From: Thermodesulfobacteriota bacterium
GTDB taxonomy: Bacteria; Desulfobacterota_D; UBA1144; Nemesobacterales; UBA2774
Length of the DNA: 64,000 nucleotides
Direction: 5' to 3'
Assembly: GCA_965223335.1 (NCBI GenBank)
Contig: OZ244991.1
Coordinates: forward strand, 324,137-388,136
Shown: positions 27,791 through 38,700 of the stretch, piece by piece
Position numbering within the stretch: position 1 is the first letter of the stretch
Layout: each line of letters begins with the position of its first letter
Translations under genes and position numbers: made by a program
The notes under the pieces: generated by a model
The model's input: only the letters and a program-made list of their open reading frames with translations
Told to the model about the DNA's origin: nothing
Database searches by the model: none

Positions 27791-27897
27791 ACTGCTCTAC
27801 GAATTATCACAACCAATTACCGGATTGCATTTAACCGTCTAGCTATATACTATTTATCCTTAGTCACGTCTATCGAATTGAACGGAGGGCTCTTTGG

Positions 27898-28170
27898 ATG
27901 AGTACACTGTCTAAGCTTATACTACTGGCTTTATTTATCGTATGCGGTTGCAGCTATGCAAAAAGTGGTAAGGAGATCGGTATCGACTCACCGCTAAAAG
28001 AATCGAGAACCAAACAATCTCTGAGCAAGGCCCGCCAGGATGTTGAAGAATCCCGCAGGGACTATGATAAGTGTATGAGCCGATACTCCCAAGACGAAAC
28101 AAAGTGTCAAACCGAAAAAAAGCGGTATGACGAAGACGTAGAGACCTACACATCACTCCAAGCAAAGTAG
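27898..28170 (+). CDS. Small lipoprotein
   Basis: Lipobox LFIVCGC, SD GGAGGG. 90 aa, charged. Confidence 0.55.
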   Translation: MSTLSKLILLALFIVCGCSYAKSGKEIGIDSPLKESRTKQSLSKARQDVEESRRDYDKCMSRYSQDETKCQTEKKRYDEDVETYTSLQAK

Positions 28171-28235
28171 ACCCACGAGAGACAATTCTAGATTTCGTTT
28201 ATCTATGTAGAAATTTGGGTTAAAAGCCGTAAGGG

Positions 28236-28655
28236 TTATCCGGCAAGTCCGGGAATAACACCCAGTTGCTGGAGCAAAGTAAGCCTGTCCCAGTTAATCC
28301 ACACCTCGACAATCTTACCCTCGGCAAACCTATATATTGATGTGCCGGTTACTGAGACCTGCCTGTTGGTAGGGGGTATCCCCATAAACGTACCCTTATG
28401 CGTGAAACGAGTTATCCACCTTGTGGCAACCTTGTCATCCTCAGCTATCTGATCTTCGATGGTGGTGTAATGGTCGGTAAACGAAGTAGAATACGACTTT
28501 ACCAGCTCACGATACTCGTCTCGTGTAAACGAGTTCTGTCCGATATGCACCACACAGTCCTCAGTACAGATCTCATCGGCAATAGCCAGGTTCTGCTTGT
28601 TCTGCATTTCGTTGATGTAAACATATGACATCACTTTATTTTCATCAACCGACAT
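28236..28655 (-). CDS. SnoaL-like/ester cyclase (NTF2-fold) protein
   Basis: 139 aa with the pattern ..DCVVH..., F.D....IEDQIAEDDKVATRW...GTH.G.FMGIPPTNRQV...G..IYRFAEGKIVE.W typical of ester cyclases. Confidence 0.7.
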   Translation of the reverse strand: MSVDENKVMSYVYINEMQNKQNLAIADEICTEDCVVHIGQNSFTRDEYRELVKSYSTSFTDHYTTIEDQIAEDDKVATRWITRFTHKGTFMGIPPTNRQVSVTGTSIYRFAEGKIVEVWINWDRLTLLQQLGVIPGLAG

Positions 28656-28854
28656 CTAATTCTCCTCTTGCATACACGCTCGGGGTTAGGTTATATAATA
28701 AAGTGTTTCACAGATTTTAATCTTGTCAACATAGATGATGTAATTCTAAAGCTTTTCAATGTAATAATCTGTACACATTGCATTATCCGAACATAGATTT
28801 ATTTCAATTGGAGTCGGATAAACAGCCGAGCATAATTACTACCGGAGGAACCAA

Positions 28855-29148
28855 ATGGCCAAATACATAATGCTTAGCGTGCTAACAGACGAGGGCAGAA
28901 AAACCGTAAAAATGAGACCCGAAAGAATTAAAGAGGTAAACACAGAGCTTGAAAAAATGGGTGTTAAGGTGCTAACTCAGTACGCTGTGCTCGGTCCCTA
29001 CGACTTTGTGAATATCGTGGAAGCCCCCGACAACGAGACCATTACCAGGGTATCTACAGAGCTTGGCTCCAGAGGCACATTACAACTTATGACGCTTGCT
29101 GCCATACCAGTGGACGAATTCGAAAAGAAACTCTCCGACCCCGAGTAA
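28855..29148 (+). CDS. GYD-domain protein
   Basis: MAKYIML...GVKVLTQYAVLGPYDFVNIVEAPDNET. Confidence 0.8.
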   Translation: MAKYIMLSVLTDEGRKTVKMRPERIKEVNTELEKMGVKVLTQYAVLGPYDFVNIVEAPDNETITRVSTELGSRGTLQLMTLAAIPVDEFEKKLSDPE

Positions 29149-29187
29149 ATGAACCTTTCCCACTTAACAAGTTTTGCTTGACGCCAT

Positions 29188-30726
29188 TTAGTAACGCATC
29201 TGAATGTCGAACAACAAGCTATAGTCCGCAATATCCTTTGCGGGCCCATGTACAGGGATTTGTACCGCAACCCCGGGGCTGTACTTATTGCCGAACCTTA
29301 TTCCCGGCGCTATATACAGGTCTGTCTTATCAAAGGTATCTGCTGTGGGAAACGTATAGCCGTCGAACTCAAAAAACACTGTAGGTGAAATCACTTCGAT
29401 CGGCACACTAACGCCTACGGCAGAGGAATAATTCAATTTAAGCTCGAAATCATTGCTCTCCAGATTCTTTGCGTTGAATATGAAGTCGGAACTCACACTG
29501 CCCTGAAGACTGAAAGCCCCCTTCCATAGTGCAGCGGATAGATAGGGAGAAGCACTAAAAGCCTGGTACAGGTAATCGGGAACATTCTTGCGGTATTTCA
29601 CGACCTGCTGCAAACGGTCTTGGCTATCTGTAAATGACGTAGGGGTATAAAGATCTAAGCCCCCTGTAAAAAGAAAGTTTCTCGATTTTGCTAATATATG
29701 CTTGGCCCCTAACACTATGTTTCCGAGTTCATAACCGTCCCGTACCCTGATATCGCCGTCATCCACATTGTTTATACCACCGTATGGTATACGCAGATAG
29801 AATGAAAATAACTGGCTTTTATCAGGGAACTCGATTCTGATCGGATAGAGAATAAACTCACCGTTTAAGCCCTCTTTAAGTACCTGTATCTCAAACTGTA
29901 TCCCAATCCTGCCAAGCGGCATGGCAGGTTCGAAGAATAGCGGATATGCTAGGTCTATCCCCTTACCCTTGCTCGGGCTTATTGTAAACGGGCCCTGGAA
30001 CTCAAACGATCCCGACACAGGGTTTATGAGACCGAATTTTCTGTCCTTGGTGTAGATCCTAGAGGTATTGGCCAAATAAGCGGCAAACACAGCCAGTTGG
30101 TTATCCTGCTCTATAAGCCAGTCCGACAGTTTCTCGAAACCGTAGCCAAGCGGCACACCCACAAGTGGGGTAGAGATCAGGTCCTGGGCCGAGGGTCTAA
30201 TCGCCGGGCCTTCAATTGCGTATTCGAAAAGCGTGCTTTGGATAGCAGAACCGAGCGCCGATGCCCAAAAACTATGCCCCCTTGCCCTGTAGTACTGATA
30301 CGAGACCATCCCGAAAAACGGGTGGAGCACCCAGTTGGTAAACCACGCGTCACCGTCCTCCCACACAGGTCCATCGGTAATATTATCCCACCATTTTGAG
30401 AACGAGGAATCAAAAATCTTGACGTTTTTGTCCCTAACATAATAGAGCCTAACCGCCCATGAGGCACCGTAGTATATCGCGGTGTCCTTCATGTAGGCAC
30501 CGAAACCCGGGGGTTTTAGGTCATCTATGTCCGGAGACTCAGCTTTGGGGACTTCCGATGCTTGATTCTCGTCTACCGAATGCTGCTCGGGATCATAAAA
30601 CACATACCTGTCCAAGGGATCGGCCGACACGTTGCCGGTATTACAAACTGTAAAGAGGATAAAAGCCGATAAGATGTATAAAGCTACTCTCAGCACCGAT
30701 ACTTTCTCCGCCGCAATTCGAAACAC
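29188..30726 (-). CDS. Outer-membrane protein: DUF3943-like N-terminal domain + C-terminal beta-barrel (paralog 1)
   Basis: Signal peptide. Conserved block WWDNI..W.DGD.F.N...HP..G..Y...R..GH..W.S..GS...S.LFEY..EG. C-terminal LFDIQMRY ends in an aromatic residue. The start is uncertain (GTG 30726 or GTG 30696). Confidence 0.65.
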   Translation of the reverse strand: MFRIAAEKVSVLRVALYILSAFILFTVCNTGNVSADPLDRYVFYDPEQHSVDENQASEVPKAESPDIDDLKPPGFGAYMKDTAIYYGASWAVRLYYVRDKNVKIFDSSFSKWWDNITDGPVWEDGDAWFTNWVLHPFFGMVSYQYYRARGHSFWASALGSAIQSTLFEYAIEGPAIRPSAQDLISTPLVGVPLGYGFEKLSDWLIEQDNQLAVFAAYLANTSRIYTKDRKFGLINPVSGSFEFQGPFTISPSKGKGIDLAYPLFFEPAMPLGRIGIQFEIQVLKEGLNGEFILYPIRIEFPDKSQLFSFYLRIPYGGINNVDDGDIRVRDGYELGNIVLGAKHILAKSRNFLFTGGLDLYTPTSFTDSQDRLQQVVKYRKNVPDYLYQAFSASPYLSAALWKGAFSLQGSVSSDFIFNAKNLESNDFELKLNYSSAVGVSVPIEVISPTVFFEFDGYTFPTADTFDKTDLYIAPGIRFGNKYSPGVAVQIPVHGPAKDIADYSLLFDIQMRY

Positions 30727-30882
30727 AGTTTAGTTCTGAGGGATTTATTTAAGGTATCCTCCGAAATTACTACCTCCCCCCTCAAAACCAAATTCTAACC
30801 ACAATTCGTCTAAAATGAAAGTTTAATAACTATAATTGTCTGTGTCTTTCATTGGTTATAAAGGCGGCATTAAACCCACTGG

Positions 30883-32394
30883 CTAAAACCTGAGCTGAAA
30901 ATCAAATAGGTAGCTTATGCGAGCTACATCGGTTGAGGGACCCGACATTGGGAGCTGGACCGCAAATCCTGGGCTGTACTTTTTCCAGAGCCTAATACCG
31001 GATGTAAAGAAGTAATCGTTTTTCCCGAATGTGTCTGCAGTTAGCTGCGAATAACCGTTAAACTCGGCAAACAGAACAGGTGATGTAGGTATGGGGATAT
31101 TGGCACCCACAGCAGCATGGTATTTAAGTCTAAACTCAAAGTTGTTGCCCTCTAGGTTCCTTGCGTTAAATACCCAGTCAGTCCCCACATTGGCCTGTAA
31201 GCTAAGGAAATTCTTCCACACAGCCCCCGACAGATAAGGGCTAAACGTAGTCGCACCCTTTAGGTGCAGGGGATAATTCCTCCTAAACAATATTACGGTC
31301 TGAAGCCTATCGATGTTGTCTTTATACGCAGTGGGTAATATCAGATCGGTCCCCGCAGTTAATACAAAGTTACGCGACTTTGCAAGCATGTGCTTGCCAC
31401 CGATCAGCAAGTTGGCAAACTCAAAACCGTCATTTATGACCTCTTCCCCTATAACCACACTGTTTACACCAGCCTGTTGAATCTGAACATATAGTCCCCA
31501 GAGAGTGTTCTTAGACGGCAGGTCGACACGTACAGAGTAAAAAATAAACTCACCATGATCTAGAGACCGCTTTAGGTTAACTACCTCAAGGTCTGCAGTT
31601 GCCCTCCCAATAGGGATTGGCTCTTCAAAGAACAGAGGATATGAGAGCATTATCGCCTCGGATTTATTGGGTGTGAAATCAATCGGGCCGCTTATCGACA
31701 TAAAACTCTTGGCAAGCGGGTTATAAACCCCGAACTGCCTGTCCTTAATAAAGTTACGCATCGGGTTTACAATATGGCCCGCAATCTTTGCCGGCACAAA
31801 ATCTGTCTCGACCAGCCAGTCAGAGGCCTCATAAAACACAAACCCCATAGGTGCACCTATGAGTGGTGTGAATATAAGGTCTTTCATCGACGGGGTCTCC
31901 ACTATGCCCTCTACCGTGTACTCAAACAAAGTGCTCATTAGAACAGAGCCCAGAGCCGAAACCCACTCGTCATGCCCGAGGGTCCGGTACCACAGGTAGT
32001 ACTGTGCGCCTATAATTGGATGCACCACGAAATTTGTGAAAGTTGAGTCCCCATCATCCCATTCGGGCCACTTTGTAATATTGTCCCACCAATCAGATAA
32101 CGATGTATTGAATATCCTGCTGTTTTTGTTCCTGACATAAAAGAACCTCACAGCCCATAACCCTAGATACCCAGCCCCTGTGTCGCGCAAAAATTCCTTT
32201 GTGCCGAGTGACTGCTTCGCAGCCTCCGAGAGTTCCGTATTATCGTTGCTATTATTTGTTAGCTCCGAGGCAAGCGAATACCGCGAATGCGAGTATTCCA
32301 GCAGATCATCCACCGTAATGTCATTGGCTGCAAATGCCACGCATTCCGATACCAATAGAAATAGTATTGCCAATATTAGAGAAATAGACCTCAC
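30883..32394 (-). CDS. Outer-membrane protein: DUF3943-like domain + beta-barrel (paralog 2)
   Basis: About 50% identical by eye to 29188-30726. C-terminus is LFDFQLRF. The start is set to GTG 32394 (AGGAGAG upstream), immediately before the signal peptide. The track ORF extends to TTG 32466. Confidence 0.65.
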   Translation of the reverse strand: MRSISLILAILFLLVSECVAFAANDITVDDLLEYSHSRYSLASELTNNSNDNTELSEAAKQSLGTKEFLRDTGAGYLGLWAVRFFYVRNKNSRIFNTSLSDWWDNITKWPEWDDGDSTFTNFVVHPIIGAQYYLWYRTLGHDEWVSALGSVLMSTLFEYTVEGIVETPSMKDLIFTPLIGAPMGFVFYEASDWLVETDFVPAKIAGHIVNPMRNFIKDRQFGVYNPLAKSFMSISGPIDFTPNKSEAIMLSYPLFFEEPIPIGRATADLEVVNLKRSLDHGEFIFYSVRVDLPSKNTLWGLYVQIQQAGVNSVVIGEEVINDGFEFANLLIGGKHMLAKSRNFVLTAGTDLILPTAYKDNIDRLQTVILFRRNYPLHLKGATTFSPYLSGAVWKNFLSLQANVGTDWVFNARNLEGNNFEFRLKYHAAVGANIPIPTSPVLFAEFNGYSQLTADTFGKNDYFFTSGIRLWKKYSPGFAVQLPMSGPSTDVARISYLFDFQLRF

Positions 32395-32488
32395 TCTACT
32401 CTCCTGCGTAAATAGAGATATATTATATAAACAATTTAGATCAAATTGGGGATGAAGGATACACAAAAAGCATCTTATTTAAAGAGTA

Positions 32489-33646
32489 TTACTTAATACC
32501 AAGCAATCTCTTAGCCCTAGCTTCCCACGTATACCTCCTAGCATCCTCCCCTGCTTTCTTTCCTACCTCCTCAGCTAACGTACTGTTGTTTATTGCCGAT
32601 TCCACTCCCTCAGCAAATGCCTCGCTACTATCGGGTTCAACAACTATTGCGTTCTCCCCGTCGGTCAAGATCTCCAATACAGACGGGATCCCGGTAGCCA
32701 CTATCGGGCGAGCTGCCGCCATATACTCAAATAACTTTATAGGGGACGTAAAATCCGTTGCCCTGGTCCCGTCTTTAATAGTCATCTGTGATGTGTAGGG
32801 CATTACAAGCACATCAGCTGCACTTAAATATGTCGGCACGTCCGCATGCGGCACAAAACCGATGAACCAAACATTATTAAGCCCCTTTGAGTCCACTAAG
32901 CGTGTGTACCTGTCGATGTCCGTATCCAGCCCCCCGACTATAACAAACAGTGCCTGGGGCAGTCGTGATGCAGTATCGATTATCAGCTCTATCCCCCTAC
33001 CTGCGTAGATGTTGCCCGAGTAACACACAATTGTTTTGTCTTGGGGCAAGCCGACTCTATTCCTTGCATCGGTTTTAGGCGGCAGTTCGGTGTAGGCTTC
33101 GAGATCTACTCCGTTTGGAGCTACCATGAGTTTATCTTCGCTTAGTCCCTCATTCACATAAATTTGTCCAAGCCCCTTTGAGTTTGTGCTGAACCTCACG
33201 AGGTGCTCCGAGTCTTTAAACGCCCTAAACATAAAACTTGCCCCTTTAACCAGGGGATGATGAGCATCGTAAACTGTAGGTATGTTGAAATACATAGTTG
33301 ATAAATATGTATAAACAATATTTCTTGTAATTACCAAATCAAATTTTTGCCTGTTCCTCTTAGTATATATCGAGCATGTAATACCGTGGTATATATTCCT
33401 CAGTGATGCGTTATCGAAATAGCGGAACTTAACTATCTCAAAATCCTGCCCGACCCCATAGTACTCGTAAATATCTATATCACTCTGCTTATACGGGATC
33501 AACAGTGTTACCTCAATCCCCATTCGGCTCATTGCACTGCACATTTTCATTATATGCACAGCACTGGCCCCTTTGGTAAAAAGTGGGGGACTTCCAACAT
33601 AAAACACTCTTTTAATCTGAGTCATCATAACAGGATTTTGTCTCAC
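32489..33646 (-). CDS. Glycosyltransferase family 4 (GT-B fold)
   Basis: C-terminal E-x7-E region PIKLFEYMAAARPIVATGIPSVLEIL and the GRG loop YAGRGIELI. Confidence 0.8.
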   Translation of the reverse strand: MRQNPVMMTQIKRVFYVGSPPLFTKGASAVHIMKMCSAMSRMGIEVTLLIPYKQSDIDIYEYYGVGQDFEIVKFRYFDNASLRNIYHGITCSIYTKRNRQKFDLVITRNIVYTYLSTMYFNIPTVYDAHHPLVKGASFMFRAFKDSEHLVRFSTNSKGLGQIYVNEGLSEDKLMVAPNGVDLEAYTELPPKTDARNRVGLPQDKTIVCYSGNIYAGRGIELIIDTASRLPQALFVIVGGLDTDIDRYTRLVDSKGLNNVWFIGFVPHADVPTYLSAADVLVMPYTSQMTIKDGTRATDFTSPIKLFEYMAAARPIVATGIPSVLEILTDGENAIVVEPDSSEAFAEGVESAINNSTLAEEVGKKAGEDARRYTWEARAKRLLGIK

Positions 33647-33779
33647 ACCGACCAGCTACCATAATATACTGCATTCGAAAAAATTAGTATTCGAAATATA
33701 TTATTGGATAGTTATACATAGTAAAATAAATTCGCGCACTATATACTAATTGCACTAAATCAAGTGTCCGGATTTATCA

Positions 33780-35048
33780 ATGAAAATACGATCGATAAGA
33801 GGGTTCCACGATATCCTACCTGAAAGCACTGGGAAGTGGCGGAGGATAGAGGACATCGCCAGCTCTACATTTGAGCTATACGGCTATAATGAGATCCGTA
33901 TCCCCGTGCTCGAGCACACAGAGCTCTTTGCAAGGAGCATCGGGGGCACGACCGATATAGTCGAGAAAGAGATGTACACGTTTGAGGACCGTGACGGCTC
34001 TTCGCTTACACTTCGCCCCGAGGGCACAGCCGGGGTCGTAAGGTCATATATCGAACACTCAATATACGCTAAACAGCCGCTCTCAAAGCTATATTACTCG
34101 GGGATGATGTTTAGGCACGAGAGACCGCAAAAAGGCCGCTTCAGGGGGTTTTATCAAATCGGGGCAGAGCTATTGGGAACCGACGAGGCCGAGGCCGATG
34201 CAGAGATGATAGATATGCTCTGGGCTCTCTTTAAACGCATAGGGCTTGATAGCTCTATTAAAATTGAGATCAACTCGATCGGCGACGAAAACTGCAGGCC
34301 AAAATATAAACAGTTGCTAGTGGACTATTTCCGCTCACAGATATCCGGTCTGTGCGAGGACTGTGTTAAACGACTCGATACCAATCCGCTCCGTATACTG
34401 GATTGCAAAAAACCCGGGTGCCGAGAGGTTGCCCAGGATGCACCTTCGATGCTCGACTCTCTATGCAACGAGTGCAGCTCTCATTTCGGTACGTTAAAAT
34501 CATCACTGGATCTGCTCAAGATCCCCTACAGCATTAATCCGAAAATTGTTCGGGGACTCGATTACTACACAAAAACTGTCTTTGAGCTCACCACCGATAA
34601 GCTCGGGTCCCAAAACGCAGTCGCTGCCGGGGGCAGATATGACCTGTTGGTAGAGGAGATGGGAGGACCCCCCACACCAGCAGTAGGGTTTGCAATGGGC
34701 ATAGAGCGGCTGGTTTTGCTCCACGATACCGTCACCGCCGGTGACCCCGTTCAAGGGATTCAGGTGTTTATTGCCCACCATGGACCGAGCGCGAAACTAA
34801 AAGCCCTCGAACTGGCTAATAAGCTTAGGACCGAGGGTGTATCCACCGATATTGACTACGAAAGCAAGAGCCTAAAGAGCCAATTGAAAAGGGCCAACAA
34901 ACTCAACGCAGATTTTTGTTTCATATTGGGCGAGGACGAGATAACAAACTCAACAGTCACGGTAAGGGATATGAAAAACAGCGAGGAGGAACAAATAGGA
35001 CTCGAAGAAGTTCTGGAAAATCTTTCGCGTTATAGGTCTGGTGGATAA
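33780..35048 (+). CDS. hisS: Histidine--tRNA ligase
   Basis: Class II motifs: GFHDILP, LRPEGTAGVVR, MFRHERPQKGRFRGFYQ, GGRYDLL and GFAMGIERL. Confidence 0.95.
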   Translation: MKIRSIRGFHDILPESTGKWRRIEDIASSTFELYGYNEIRIPVLEHTELFARSIGGTTDIVEKEMYTFEDRDGSSLTLRPEGTAGVVRSYIEHSIYAKQPLSKLYYSGMMFRHERPQKGRFRGFYQIGAELLGTDEAEADAEMIDMLWALFKRIGLDSSIKIEINSIGDENCRPKYKQLLVDYFRSQISGLCEDCVKRLDTNPLRILDCKKPGCREVAQDAPSMLDSLCNECSSHFGTLKSSLDLLKIPYSINPKIVRGLDYYTKTVFELTTDKLGSQNAVAAGGRYDLLVEEMGGPPTPAVGFAMGIERLVLLHDTVTAGDPVQGIQVFIAHHGPSAKLKALELANKLRTEGVSTDIDYESKSLKSQLKRANKLNADFCFILGEDEITNSTVTVRDMKNSEEEQIGLEEVLENLSRYRSGG

Positions 35049-35061
35049 TCACTCGGGCGCA

Positions 35062-35580
35062 CTATTTGGGCTTGTTCACAACCTTATAGTCCTCAATGAA
35101 CAGGTCAACAAGCTCGCCCAAGGCCTTGCCCACACACTCGTTTAAAACCTCGGGGCTACAGGAAAACAGCTTGCCCACACTCCACGTAGAGCCCGTGGTG
35201 GATATACTCTCGCCCAGTTTTGTCCCCATTATTACTATGGCCCGGTTAAGGTCTATATCTATGTACACAGCGTAGTAATTCTCAGACTCCGATTTACTCG
35301 CAATCACCTTTATGTACAGGTAAGAACCCCCAAATACATTAAACCACTTCCTCTCCTCGAGCACATTAATATCGGCGTCGCGCAGTCTGTTTTCGACAAA
35401 TTGCCTTAGCCCCTCTTTGCTAAGCCCGTCTGCAGAGGCTGAGTCAGAGATCTCTTCCAGTATCACCGCGGTTCCCGTAACCCCCCTAAGCGTAGCACTG
35501 CTCGGGAGTGGGTATGCCAGCTTCGCACACAGACCAAAAACAAACAAGCTCATCAGTAGCATTGAGAACAGTTTTATCAT
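35062..35580 (-). CDS. Hypothetical secreted protein
   Basis: 172 aa with signal peptide MIKLFSMLLMSLFVFGLCAKLA. 137 nt downstream of the giant gene on the same strand. Confidence 0.5.
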   Translation of the reverse strand: MIKLFSMLLMSLFVFGLCAKLAYPLPSSATLRGVTGTAVILEEISDSASADGLSKEGLRQFVENRLRDADINVLEERKWFNVFGGSYLYIKVIASKSESENYYAVYIDIDLNRAIVIMGTKLGESISTTGSTWSVGKLFSCSPEVLNECVGKALGELVDLFIEDYKVVNKPK

Positions 35581-35717
35581 AGCTAGAGTTCTCCGAATAT
35601 GTATTCAATATGCCTTATATATCCCATAATATAAACGGCAAATTGTCTTATATGAGAATTTTTATATTTATTAGCTCGACTTTTTTGGGGAAGGAGGGTT
35701 ATGGAGCTTACTCAATG

Positions 35718-38700
35718 TTACTTCTTTCGCGAGAAATCATGGAGTAGGTTTAGGTTTGTGGTTACGAGGTCGTGTACATCGGGAAAATCCTTTTTCGTAA
35801 AAACCTTAAGCGCCTCGTTATAAGCCTCGATCGCTTTTTCGCAATTCCCAGCCTTGTTTTGAATCTCTGCAAGTGTGGTATATGCCCCACCTATGTTGTT
35901 TTGGGTAGTCGCGTACTGCATGGGGTATTGCTCTATTGTGTAGATAATAAGTGCTGTTTCGTAGGCCTTAATCGCTTTTTTACAGTTCCTAGCCTTATCC
36001 TCCGATTCGGCCAAGGTCCTATAAACCACACCTAAGTTGTTCTGTGTACCCGCAAATTGAATCGGAAACTGTTGAATGGAGCGCACCTTGAGTGCTTCCT
36101 CGTATGATTTTATGGCCTTTTTGCAGTTTGCAGTCTTCTCCTCTACATCGGCAAGGGTCCTAAATGCTGTGCCCAGGTTGTTTTGTGTCGAGCCGTACTG
36201 TACCGGGTATTCATCCTTGTTATACACCCTAAGTGATTCGTTATAGGCTTTTATAGCCCTTTTACAGTTCTTGCCCTTATCCAGGGCTTCGGCAAGGGTC
36301 CTGTAAATGACCCCAATGTTGTTCTGCGTGGCAGCATACTCAACCGGGTATTCGTTTACGGTGTAGAATTTGAGTGTTTGTTCATAAGCCTTTATGGACC
36401 TCTTGCAATTGTTCTCGGTATCCTCATACTCAGCAAGGCTCTTATAGAGTGCTCCAAGGTAATCCTGAATAGTAGCATACTCGTCTGGGTAACTCTGGAG
36501 GCTGTAATAATTTGTGCATAACTCATATGCCTCACACGCTTTTTTACAGTTTGCTATTCGGTCCTCCCATTCTGCAAGCGCCCTGTATATATGGCCTATG
36601 TTCCTGTTAATAAGCCCGTAGTCTGCGAGCGAGGTCTCGGGGGTATAGACCTTCAATGCGTCTGTGTACTCAGAGATGGCATTATGATAGTTCTCTTTTA
36701 CCTGCTCGCCGTTCTCGGCAAGTTTACCGTATGCTATTCCGGTATATTTTTTTATCTCTCCATACTCCAGCGGGTTCGTGCTTCTTTTATAAATTTTAAG
36801 CGACTCACGATACGCATTCGTGGCCCTGATATAGTTGGCAATCTCTCCCTCGACTTCTGCAATAATGCTCGAGGCAAGCCCCACATTCTTTTGCACGGCA
36901 CCGTATTCTGCGGGGAATTTATCAGGATCGAAAACTTGGAGCGTCAGCATATAAGAGGTCACAGCCTCTTTATAATGTGTGATCTCTCCCTCAATCTCAG
37001 CAAGTGTGATTAAGATGTCGCCAATATTTTTTTGAATTACACCGAACACAAACGGCGATTTGCCGACTGAGTAAATCTTTAGCGATTCGGTGTAGCAATC
37101 GATCGCCTTTCTCATTTTCTTAATGTCGCTATCGGTCTTGGAATACATATGATACGTATAGCCCAGGTTACGATATACCAACCCGTACTGTGTAGGGTAG
37201 TCGGCTCTATTATAGACCTTTAACGACTCCTCATAGGATTTGATCGATTTCCTAAAAGCATTGGGTTTGGCCCCTTCCTCTGCGATCTTTCGGTATGAAT
37301 TTGCAATCTTATAATGTGCGTCTGCAAATTCTTCGGGCGAGGTCTCAACATCGAGTGATTTGAGCGCATTTTCGTGGAACTGAATAGCTTCTTTGGGATC
37401 CGCAAACTCCTCTGACTCCGCTTGATCGGGCATCTCGGCACTATCGCGCACAGCCTGTTCGGTTGTTTTCTCTACTGTAATGGTCTTTGTGTCTGAAGCA
37501 GCTTTTTTCCTCCTCCGCTCTTTTACCTCTTTTAATTCCACAACTTCTGCAATCTCTTCTTTTTTTGTTTCCGTTTCTTTTTTGTCGGGTGAAGGGATTT
37601 TTGCGGCACGTAAAGATGCTACGGCTTCTTTGGCTTTGTTGTAGACCGACTCGGCATCGTTGTGCAAATCAGGGCTGTCCTTTTTGTTATAAACCAATAG
37701 CGCCTGCCGAGAGGCCTTGAGTACATTGTTGTAGAGTGTCGGGCTTTGATCGAGTTCGGCTAATTGAAGGTAGAGGTTTGAGAGTTTGTACTGCACAAAT
37801 CCATAATCTTCAGGTGAGTTATCTAATGTATAGAATTCCAGTGCTTGCTCGTAGGAACTGATGGCTTTTTGAATATTATTTTTGGAACTCTCTGTTTTCA
37901 GGAGCTCAGTATAGGCAGTGCCTAGGTTCTTATGGGCACACGCAAACTCCTCTGGGCTATCCTCGAGGTTATATCTCTCGGCGGCTTTCTCATAGAATAC
38001 TATATCATTGCCTTCCTCAGACAACACATTTTCCAAGACAATAGGTTCTTCCTCATTCTTGACTTCTTCTGCACGTAACTGCTCGAGGACCTCGTTTGAG
38101 TTCGTTATCCACTCGCGAACTTTTGCCAGTGTATCCTTGTCGGTAATTACTTTTTCCGCTTCCTCAAATGCATCGAGAGCCTTGGTGTGGTTCTCCTCCT
38201 TTTTATCCTCATCCGTGATTGAGCAGAGTGCTATCCCCAGCATAAGTTTTGTCAGTGCATACTCTTGTTCATCCTTTTGGTCCTTATAGTGCTTGAGTGC
38301 CGAGTTATAGTACTCAACGGCCTCATTGTACTTGGAGTGATCTTTATCGCTTGAGGCCTGTGCGCTGTAGGCATCGCCAAGGCGCTTTGAGATCGATGCG
38401 AACCTAAGCGGCATAACTTTTGGGTCTAGTAGTTCCAGTGTTTCTTTTAAAATAGCGAGCTCTTTATCCGGGTCTTTATGGGCCGTTTCAGAGATTAATA
38501 CGAATCTTTCTATGATTTGATCATAAAGCTCAGGGGCATGTTTCTCTAGATTGTGGGTGTTGTAAGCACCAAGTGCATCACGCACATGGCCAAGAGCTGC
38601 CTCGTTATCGTTTGAGTCCTGCGAGCTTTCGGAAAGTCCTAAATAAGCCACTGTGAGCTTTTTAGATACCGAGTCGTAGGGCTCGGGCTCTTTGTCATGG

